Positions 29,332 to 36,605 of a stretch of DNA of 64,000 nt are shown here, in pieces (positions within the stretch are counted from its first letter, which is position 1; each line of letters starts with the position of its first letter). Origin of the DNA: a virus; the IMG/VR virus record IMGVR_UViG_3300042462_000689; one strand, 5' to 3'. The notes beneath the pieces are model-generated. The model did not search any database. It was not told where the DNA came from and was given only the letters and a program-made list of their open reading frames with translations. The translations under genes were made by a program, and so were the position numbers.

Positions 29332-30707
29332 TGGACCCCCTGCTTTCACAGCGCTACGACCTCTACGGACGGCTGGGAGATCTGTGGTCGCAAAAGGTCA
29401 AAGGCGCAGAGCAGCAAAAGGCCCGGCATCTGACTGCCCTCGCCCGGCACACCGCCAGCCAGGCGCATTTGATTTCCGGCATGCAACTGCTCGCCGGGCA
29501 ATCGACCTCCATCCGGGAGAACCTGGATTTGAATTACAAGCAGACGGACGTGATTCCGATCGGCGCCAACCTGCAGACCAGGAATCGTGTGAATTTTTCA
29601 GACGGCACCACGGCGTTCACTTTCTGGCGCAGACCAGCGGCGGGCTCTTGGGAGTTCTCATTTACAGGACACACGCCAGCGGGAGGAGAGGACGACATCC
29701 TATTGTCCACGGAGACGGACGATATCCTGCTGATGCCAGGTGGCACGCTGAATATCCCCATGCCCGAGGACTGGGCCGTGAACTACCTGCTGAAGATTCC
29801 GTTTAATTTGACTCCCTTGAAATTACGGGCAGCGGATGGAAGGGCGCTGTTCGCCGGAGCGGATTACGTCTGCGGCGTGGGCGTGCTGGGATTCCTACAT
29901 CATCCCGATACCATTTTCACCGGGCAGACCGTGCACGTTGCGAGTGCGTTCAAGGTCGAGGACCATCCGTTCAATTACACCCTGCAGGTGGATCCGGTAT
30001 TTGGTTCCGTCGAGGATATCGCCACCTACCAACGCGGCGCGCAGACTCCTTCCACGTTTCTGCGGGCGCTGGCCCGTGCCTGCAATTTCCAAGTGGCGCC
30101 GGCCGCGAGCATGGTCCGCGAGGTCATGCGCGGCGGCGGTCGTTTCTTTTACGGCTTCGACTGGGGACTCGTAGCGGTCGACTACCCGCACGAGGAATTG
30201 CATGTCGGGGATTCCGTAGTCGCTGGCGAGATCATCGGACAGCCGATCTCCATGCACAGCGCCACCAACGGCAATTCGGCGTGGTGGGCAGCCTTGGACT
30301 GGTCCGATGGGCTGGTGCTGGACGGGCTGTGTGCCTTCCCTGGACTGACCGCCCCCAATGAACCGCGCCGCGCCTATGCCGTGGATGAGGATGACGACGT
30401 GCATGTGCGAATTGATTTGGATGGTCCGACAGATCAACAGGATCTGTTCTGGGCGTCCGTGAAGCGCAATGAATTGCTGACCGGGAATTACCTGAATTCG
30501 GTTGTCGGGCTCTCCTCCATCTCGGACGTCAAATTTGTGAACCCGCTGCGGTTGATGTTCGAATACCTGCTCGGGGCCTGCGGCATCGTCATCACCCGCC
30601 GCAATGTCGGGCAATGGAGTGGCAGCAATCGCGCCCGATTTGAGAATTTTGTGTCGAGGGAGAAACCAATGGGTGCCATTGTGATTGTGCGCGATACCGC
30701 CGTGTAA
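29331..30707 (+). CDS. Baseplate wedge subunit (gp7/I-like)
   Basis: Follows baseplate J with 1-nt overlap (GTG start); last gene of the structural operon. Confidence 0.5.
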   Translation: MDPLLSQRYDLYGRLGDLWSQKVKGAEQQKARHLTALARHTASQAHLISGMQLLAGQSTSIRENLDLNYKQTDVIPIGANLQTRNRVNFSDGTTAFTFWRRPAAGSWEFSFTGHTPAGGEDDILLSTETDDILLMPGGTLNIPMPEDWAVNYLLKIPFNLTPLKLRAADGRALFAGADYVCGVGVLGFLHHPDTIFTGQTVHVASAFKVEDHPFNYTLQVDPVFGSVEDIATYQRGAQTPSTFLRALARACNFQVAPAASMVREVMRGGGRFFYGFDWGLVAVDYPHEELHVGDSVVAGEIIGQPISMHSATNGNSAWWAALDWSDGLVLDGLCAFPGLTAPNEPRRAYAVDEDDDVHVRIDLDGPTDQQDLFWASVKRNELLTGNYLNSVVGLSSISDVKFVNPLRLMFEYLLGACGIVITRRNVGQWSGSNRARFENFVSREKPMGAIVIVRDTAV

Positions 30708-30727
30708 TAGCCGGGGGTGGGTGGGGT

Positions 30728-30761
30728 GAAATATGGACGCCCAGCGCGTCATATACAAATG
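30728..30761 (+). promoter_or_regulatory. Conserved 34-bp promoter-like motif, copy A
   Basis: GAAATA tggacgccca GCGCG t CATATA c AAATG; same spacing as copies at 35754 and 36196. Confidence 0.7.
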
Positions 30762-31333
30762 TGAAGAAGGCTTCCTCTTCCATCCCGCAGCGCGCGTTGT
30801 GCGCTCCGGATATGGGCGGTCCATCCGCCTCGGGTGCTCCCGTGACAGAGCCGCTGCCCTACGGGTGTGTGGGCACTCGCGCCGAAGCGGAGGCGCAGAA
30901 GGCGCAAGCCCTGACGCGCGGTGCTATCACCGCGCAGGTTCACCACCTCGACGCAATCCCCGAACAGCGCCGCGATTTCCCCGCGGTGGGGGTCGCTGAG
31001 GCCGCCATTCTCAGCGATGGCACCTCCGAGGAGAGGGCGGCGCTGGCGTGGGCTCAGGCGTCGTATTGGGCGCGTGGCGGGCGCACACTCGATTCAATCG
31101 TCGAGTGTCTCGCCTCGGACCTGGAGGAGGGAACCTCCAATGGCGCCGGTAGCGAGGCGCACGGCTTCATTGCCGCACTGGAGCGTCGGCTGGAGGCGGC
31201 TCCGCGTGAGTCGCGGGTAGTCGTATCAGCACGCGCTGAGTGCTGGACGGTGGCGGCGGAGTTCCCGGAGGCGGACGGTCCCGATACTTCGGGTTTTGCC
31301 CACGGGCAGGACTTCGAGGGAGGCAGCTGGTAG
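30761..31333 (+). CDS. Hypothetical protein overlapping a hairpin-dense region (start uncertain)
   Basis: Open frame with coding-like GC3 and triple stop TAG TAG TAA; also many nested stems. Confidence 0.4.
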   Translation: MKKASSSIPQRALCAPDMGGPSASGAPVTEPLPYGCVGTRAEAEAQKAQALTRGAITAQVHHLDAIPEQRRDFPAVGVAEAAILSDGTSEERAALAWAQASYWARGGRTLDSIVECLASDLEEGTSNGAGSEAHGFIAALERRLEAAPRESRVVVSARAECWTVAAEFPEADGPDTSGFAHGQDFEGGSW

Positions 31334-31458
31334 TAGTAATGGCCCCGTGAGCCGATAAAGAAACGGCAGAATTTACAACGATGCAGTCATAAAAAGAGCT
31401 GCGGTCGAATCGTTGAGTTTCCACTGTGAAAAGGAAACTGTGTAGATGAGGAATTTTC

Positions 31459-31773
31459 ATGAAATTCATCAATCTCACACCACACGCCATTCACCTGAAT
31501 GACGGCCGTGTGTTCGAACCCTCTGGCCAGGTGGCCAGGGTCGGCTCGACCTACACGCCGTTCGACGGTGACGGTGTCTGTCAGGCTGTGTTCGGAGAAG
31601 TCCAGAACCTGCCCGACAAGGTGGAAGGAACGATGCTCATCGTCTCCGGAATGGTCAGCCAAGTGGTTGACGGTTACCGGAGCGACGTAGTGTCGCCTGC
31701 CACCGGGCACCCGGACACGAAGCGTGACGAGAAGGGCCAGATCAAGTCTGTGCCCGGATTCGTCCGCGCGTGA
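31459..31773 (+). CDS. Conserved phage hypothetical protein (NLTPH family)
   Basis: NLTPHAIHL...PSGQVARV...LP...LIVS...DVVSPATG...RDEKGQI pattern common in phages; GAGG upstream. Confidence 0.75.
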   Translation: MKFINLTPHAIHLNDGRVFEPSGQVARVGSTYTPFDGDGVCQAVFGEVQNLPDKVEGTMLIVSGMVSQVVDGYRSDVVSPATGHPDTKRDEKGQIKSVPGFVRA

Positions 31774-31805
31774 CCGAGGCGTGTGCTGCTGCATTTGGCA
31801 AGCGG

Positions 31806-31984
31806 GGCTCTGGCGAGCCTGTCAACAGAATCGCCCGGCACCATACAGACGCCTCTTCGTGGCGGTGCTAGAAACCGACAATTACGTCGGGCCAAGTCTC
31901 AGGTGATGGTCAAAAGAAGTGCCTCACCGCCCTCCCCGGAATCCCGAACCGGCGGTTGTAAAGTCGTGAAAGGCGGCAAGGGGA
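31806..31984 (+). ncRNA. Candidate structured intergenic RNA/leader
   Basis: Consecutive stems GGCTC/GAGCC, GCAC+CGCC/GGCG+GTGC, CCGAC/GTCGG, GGTGA/TCACC, TCCCC/GGGGA. Confidence 0.35.
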
Positions 31985-31990
31985 TGGTTA

Positions 31991-32254
31991 ATGACAAAAC
32001 CACCAGTGGGTAAGGCGGAAATCCAAGAAATCGACGGACGGCGGTTCTTGGTGGCGGAGTTGCCCGCCGAAACGGCAACCTGCGATGATCACATCGCAGA
32101 GCTCGTCGCCGGCCGCCCGGTCGTAGTGCCCTTTAGCAAAAGAGGGCACATGATCGGGAGGTTGAAGGCCCAGGGGGTCTTTACCACCTCAAAGCAGGTG
32201 GTCGCGGGGCAGTGGATCGCATTCTTCCCGTGTGCGCCGCGGGAGTGGAAGTAG
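31991..32254 (+). CDS. Small hypothetical protein
   Basis: 87-aa ORF followed by a terminator. Confidence 0.55.
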   Translation: MTKPPVGKAEIQEIDGRRFLVAELPAETATCDDHIAELVAGRPVVVPFSKRGHMIGRLKAQGVFTTSKQVVAGQWIAFFPCAPREWK

Positions 32255-32263
32255 CGGTCCGTC

Positions 32264-32311
32264 AGCGGGAATTGTCCGGGGGTAATTCCCCGGCGGTTCC
32301 CGCTTTCTTTT
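32264..32311 (+). terminator. Terminator-like nested hairpin
   Basis: AGCGGGAA...CCGGGG-gtaatt-CCCCGG...TTCCCGCT, then TTCTTTT. Confidence 0.6.
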
Positions 32312-32409
32312 AGGTGTGGCATCCCTGTCAGACCGCGGACCTGCGCCCCTTTTTTTTTCGCTGGTAGTTCCCACGCCCCAAGATTCACATTTGGCTTTGC
32401 AGCATTACG

Positions 32410-32847
32410 ATGTCATGCTTGGTGCAATTCGACATGCTCACACTCGCCCGCCAAGCCCTCGTAGATTTCACCGCCGACGACGCCTCCGCGTCCCAGCATT
32501 CCTGGCCCTTGAAGGTGGACGTGACACAGGACATCGGCGGTACCTTGTCGCCCAAGGTGTTCGTGTTCCATGCGCTGTTGCGGGATGCTGCATCAGCCGG
32601 GGATCGCTTCGAGGCAATTGCTTCCATCCACCAAATGGCTGATTTGCCCGAGGACGCCCCTTCCTACACGCCCGGCAATGACTACGCCATTCCGTTCTAC
32701 CGGCTCAGCTCGCTGACGTTCCATTGCACCTCCCCGACCGAGGCCGATGATCTGTGGGCGATCATCCAGGCAGACGTGACTGATTTGATCGAGGCGCACA
32801 ATTCCCTGCTGTCCCTGCAGACCACCGAAACCATTTCCATCCCGTGA
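32410..32847 (+). CDS. Hypothetical protein
   Basis: 145-aa ORF with coding-like codon use. Confidence 0.65.
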   Translation: MSCLVQFDMLTLARQALVDFTADDASASQHSWPLKVDVTQDIGGTLSPKVFVFHALLRDAASAGDRFEAIASIHQMADLPEDAPSYTPGNDYAIPFYRLSSLTFHCTSPTEADDLWAIIQADVTDLIEAHNSLLSLQTTETISIP

Positions 32848-33233
32848 GCACCCCATTCGTATTTGCAATCCCCGGCATGATGCCGCCTGCCACGCCCCAC
32901 AAGGATGCCCAGCTTCCTGTATTACGGGATGGATCGGCACGCATGTCCCTGGGAATATCCGCGGGCGAGAATCTACGCCCGGCGATCATTGACGTGTTCG
33001 ATGCCAAGGGGGTGCATCTCTATTGCGACAATACCGGCACGCATACGCTAGAGGTCACACAACCCGGAGGCCTCGCCGAGTACATCCAGCAATTCCCCGC
33101 CGGCACATTCCCACCGACGCCATGCAAGGTGTTCGTCACTTTGAAATCAGGAGATCAGATTGAAATGGTGGCAGGGCCGACGGATGTGGAGCGGGCGGCA
33201 TTTATTTGGCCTTGGGTGCCGCCGGAGAGCTAG
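32844..33233 (+). CDS. Hypothetical protein
   Basis: 129-aa ORF coupled by GTGA overlap. Confidence 0.6.
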   Translation: MSTPFVFAIPGMMPPATPHKDAQLPVLRDGSARMSLGISAGENLRPAIIDVFDAKGVHLYCDNTGTHTLEVTQPGGLAEYIQQFPAGTFPPTPCKVFVTLKSGDQIEMVAGPTDVERAAFIWPWVPPES

Positions 33234-35707
33234 CTCATCTCCACAATCTTCGGCAGCCCCTCGTAGTTCATCGGCGGTGTCTTGCCTCCGTAGAAATTCT
33301 CCAGCAGCCCAATCATGCTGTGCACGTCCGCCGTGCAAATGCCGTTCTCAATGGAGGCGCTGCGGCATTCACGCGTCATCTCCAGCAGCAGGTCCTGCAG
33401 GTCCACGTCCTTGATGGTGCCCAGCCGGATGGAGATGGTCTGGTTGGTGATGTGTTGCGTGAAGAATTCGGTGCCTCGGGCAAAGGGGATCTGATTGAGC
33501 AGGCGCTCAACGGTCTGATGCAGCGGCTGGGACATGGGCCATTCGAGGCCGGTGGCATTGCGTATGATGGAGGCCCCCTCCCGCGCCAGTGCCGCCGAAT
33601 TGCTCACGCTGCTGAATACCTTCAGGGCCGACCCCTGCGTGCCCATAATCCATTGCACACATTGCTGCATAATCCGCGGCACCATGAGCATCACCCGGCT
33701 CATCGTCGCATCGTCCACCGCACAATGCACCGCCTGCCCGTAATCGCTCAAGGACACAAGTGCCTGTTTTGATTTCTCCATCTGCCCCTGTGAGGCGCCG
33801 GTGACGAGCATGGGGAATCCTCGGCAGCCTTTGATCTCCACGCTGGATCCTTCCCGCGAGGAGAACGAGTATGGCTCCAATTGCCCAAGCGCCCGGAACA
33901 AATTGCGCATGATGTAATTGCCCTCCGGGGTGTAGATCAGACAGACCGGTTTCGTGGGGAAATCGGCGTAGCCACGTCCGACCATGCCAACGAGCTGGCT
34001 GATCAAATCTGCCACTGCCACGGGCACATCGGTCGTATTCTCGCCAGGCACCGGGGTCAGGGTGAGATCGTAAATTTTCCAGAAATCGCAAAGTGGATTG
34101 CCGTAGCGGATGTCCGGATTCCATTCCTTCGCCGTGACCTTGCCCCATGGCGTCATGAAGGCTTTGCGGCGCTCCGTCCAGCCCACGCCATCCAACCCCT
34201 CCACGCGCGGCAGGTTCTCGCTGATGGATCGGAAATAGACCAGAAGCTCCCTTGCATAATTGCGCTCGCGAATTGTTGGAAGTTTTCCGGCGGGATTATC
34301 TTCCGGCTTCGCCAGCTCCGACACACGCGCCGCATCTTCCAAAGTACTGAGTGCCTGCAATTGCTGACTGGTGAGCGAAAACGGATATTCCTTCCCCTGA
34401 AACTGCAGGACGCCCATGTGACAGGTCGCCTTGGAATCCACGAACACCACGTTGTTGCGCAATTCGAGGGTGAAATTCGTGAGGTCCACTTTCGAGCCAT
34501 CATCCCGGATGACATGATAGCCGTGGGCGGTGCGGTAATAGGAAAGGCTGCCGTCCTGGTGGATGAGCCGGGTCTGCCGGATACGCTCGACGGTGGCGGC
34601 CCAGTCCAGCTTCCCGTCCTGCTGCAGCTCGGAGATTAGCGCGGTGTAATGCCGGTCGCTGTATCTCAGGGCGCTGATGAGTAGCCCCACGCCCGCGTCC
34701 ACCCCCTTTCGCGCATGTGCTGCCTCCGCCACATGACGCACCACAAAATCATCCCAGGTTTCTAATTGATCATCCTCCGCCCGCTTCACGCTCACCCTCC
34801 CATTGATGGCCAACTCCGCCACTCCCGAGAGCCCGGCCGCGGATTCCTTTCGTAGATGAAAAGTCACTTCCTGCGGCTCCCACAACTTCTCCGAGCATTT
34901 GGGGCGGTAATGCACGCAGACCGCGAACCGGTCCCGAAAGGCCACGGCATTGACCGAATTGGCAGCCAGCGCCATGGAGTCGCTGGTGTGCAATTCGATG
35001 CGCTGACAATGCGGGTGAATGTCCAGCAGGCCGGTGTAGGCGAAGCGGCACTCATTGAGCCAGTTGACGATTACATCCTCGGGCCGTCCTGAAGGGTAGG
35101 CCATCCACCCCGTAATCACCGCCGGCGAGGAGTACAGCGGAATCACCACCGCGGCCTGGGAATTGGAAATGGGAAGCGGGGAGAGGGTGGCGTCCGGGTA
35201 GGCCGTGGTCGCCTTTTTGACGAACTCCTTGTAGCGCGCCCCGCTCAGCACCAGACACGAAGCGGACTGCGCTGCGATTTGGATGCCAGCGGTGCGCAGC
35301 CAGCCTGCCGTCTGCACCTCTGCAATCATCATCGAATTGCCCGACATCTCGGAGGCTTCCAGCAGGAATTGAATCAGGGCCCGGCGGTCCTCCAATTGGT
35401 GGGCAATCTGGCTGATGTCCGGATCGGGGTCGTGGGCGAAGCGGGAAGGGTAGGCCGTGAGGACGCTTTTGACGGCGGTTTTGTATCCGCCATCCAGCAG
35501 GGCCATGAAGTCCATCGCCGTGCCTACACGGAACTTGCAGCGCTTGTGTTCGCAAATGGCGTAGGTGGAAAAGGCATGCAGGGCGCCTCCACAGGACGGG
35601 CATTTGAGCAGCAGGCTGCGCGTGCCGCTCGTGACTTCCCCTTTGTGGAAATCATGAAGCACTTCGAGCATCGTAATTGATCGTTCGAGAAACTCAGGTG
35701 AGAGCAT
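33230..35707 (-). CDS. Primase-like protein (N-terminal Zn-binding domain, degenerate core, DUF927-like C-terminus)
   Basis: CPSCGG...CEHKRC...GTAMDF zinc-ribbon pattern; VVIPLY...ITGW; GWTERRKAFMTP; start placed at MLSPEFL (35707). Confidence 0.5.
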   Translation of the reverse strand: MLSPEFLERSITMLEVLHDFHKGEVTSGTRSLLLKCPSCGGALHAFSTYAICEHKRCKFRVGTAMDFMALLDGGYKTAVKSVLTAYPSRFAHDPDPDISQIAHQLEDRRALIQFLLEASEMSGNSMMIAEVQTAGWLRTAGIQIAAQSASCLVLSGARYKEFVKKATTAYPDATLSPLPISNSQAAVVIPLYSSPAVITGWMAYPSGRPEDVIVNWLNECRFAYTGLLDIHPHCQRIELHTSDSMALAANSVNAVAFRDRFAVCVHYRPKCSEKLWEPQEVTFHLRKESAAGLSGVAELAINGRVSVKRAEDDQLETWDDFVVRHVAEAAHARKGVDAGVGLLISALRYSDRHYTALISELQQDGKLDWAATVERIRQTRLIHQDGSLSYYRTAHGYHVIRDDGSKVDLTNFTLELRNNVVFVDSKATCHMGVLQFQGKEYPFSLTSQQLQALSTLEDAARVSELAKPEDNPAGKLPTIRERNYARELLVYFRSISENLPRVEGLDGVGWTERRKAFMTPWGKVTAKEWNPDIRYGNPLCDFWKIYDLTLTPVPGENTTDVPVAVADLISQLVGMVGRGYADFPTKPVCLIYTPEGNYIMRNLFRALGQLEPYSFSSREGSSVEIKGCRGFPMLVTGASQGQMEKSKQALVSLSDYGQAVHCAVDDATMSRVMLMVPRIMQQCVQWIMGTQGSALKVFSSVSNSAALAREGASIIRNATGLEWPMSQPLHQTVERLLNQIPFARGTEFFTQHITNQTISIRLGTIKDVDLQDLLLEMTRECRSASIENGICTADVHSMIGLLENFYGGKTPPMNYEGLPKIVEMS

Positions 35708-35753
35708 GTTCGATGTCAGCCTACGCCTCAAATTGCTTACGGGCAATCCCCAT

Positions 35754-35787
35754 GAAATACGGGGCGTTTGCGCGCCATATACAAATG
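35754..35787 (+). promoter_or_regulatory. Conserved 34-bp promoter-like motif, copy B
   Basis: GAAATA cggggcgttt GCGCG c CATATA c AAATG, followed by GAAAGCGA-ctc-TCGCTTTC hairpin. Confidence 0.7.
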
Positions 35788-35835
35788 ACGAAAGCGACTC
35801 TCGCTTTCACACCAAACTCAACCAAAACAACTCAA

Positions 35836-36087
35836 ATGAAAAAATTACTGATTATAATCCTGCTCGCGGTCGCGTTTCTGATTTGCCGCACCGGCCTCCC
35901 CACGGAGGTGACGTTCGAAAACCTCGCCATCCGCAAAGGCGCCGGTGTGGTGGACCAGGCAGCCGCACGGCTGCTGCTGGTGGTCATCAAACCCACCATC
36001 AAAGACTACGTGGTCTTCAAGACCGCGGAGTGGAAGAGCCTGACATTGGTCTGCTTGCCATTCGGCAAGTGGGGCACGTTGGAGTAA
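35836..36087 (+). CDS. Small exported/membrane protein
   Basis: MKKLLIIILLAVAFLIC signal-like N-terminus (ATG 35836). Confidence 0.6.
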   Translation: MKKLLIIILLAVAFLICRTGLPTEVTFENLAIRKGAGVVDQAAARLLLVVIKPTIKDYVVFKTAEWKSLTLVCLPFGKWGTLE

Positions 36088-36096
36088 AATTCTCGC

Positions 36097-36136
36097 GCGG
36101 GGGCGTTATCCCCCGCAGGGGCAGGTGCCCCTTTTT
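36097..36136 (+). terminator. Tandem hairpin terminator
   Basis: GCGGGGG/CCCCCGC then AGGGGC-AGGT-GCCCCT plus T-tract. Confidence 0.7.
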
Positions 36137-36195
36137 CGCTGGCAGTTTTATCCCAGGTCATGCGTAACCCAGGATACCGCACACCTGGGATACGC

Positions 36196-36229
36196 GAAAT
36201 AAGGACACGCAGCGCGTCATATAGAAATG
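36196..36229 (+). promoter_or_regulatory. Conserved 34-bp promoter-like motif, copy C
   Basis: GAAATA aggacacgca GCGCG t CATATA g AAATG; preceded by inverted repeat TATCCCAGG(36149)/CCTGGGATA(36184). Confidence 0.7.
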
Positions 36230-36231
36230 CA

Positions 36232-36556
36232 GAAGGTGATTCATATCCCCGACATCTTCCGAGTTTCCTGAAGCTCCTGGTTTAGCGATGAACCCACATG
36301 AACGGACGCGTCTCATGTGCTGTAATATTTCGCGCAGGGGTTTCAGAAAGTTCGGAAACTTTCGACCTTCCGCAGTGCGCGCCTGTGGTCTAGCAGGACG
36401 TATCGGTGCTCTGCCTCGCCCGCTCCTTCAAGGCGGGTAGGTGATTCTCCGGATCTCAGTTGTCTATTATTCGACACAAGGAGAGATTCCCGAGCAGGCG
36501 CGCATTGCGGCCCTTTTCAAATAAACAAAGCCACCAATGAGGTGTGCTTTTGTTTT
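36232..36556 (+). ncRNA. Candidate multi-domain structured ncRNA (unknown family)
   Basis: 16-bp stem 36370-85/36495-510, 12-bp stem 36268-79/36335-46, closing stem 36232-37/36365-70 and further hairpins with G-U pairs; no ORF of 60 aa or more in the ORF track starts before 36456. Confidence 0.6.
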
Positions 36557-36605
36557 CGGTATCAGATCTGGAACAGCAGTCAATTAAACCCAACAACCAA
36601 CCCAA

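Noticed and set aside
29686-29740. DDILL-x4-DDILL mini-repeat in the baseplate subunit
   Set aside because: Only two short copies, resembling common acidic-hydrophobic linker motifs of tail proteins; insufficient for a separate claim
30713-30726. G-quadruplex upstream of promoter motif A
   Set aside because: Only three G-runs of 3 or more
30762-31340. tmRNA or tRNA (structured region with triple stop)
   Set aside because: No acceptor stem, T-loop GGTTCRANTCC or CCA end
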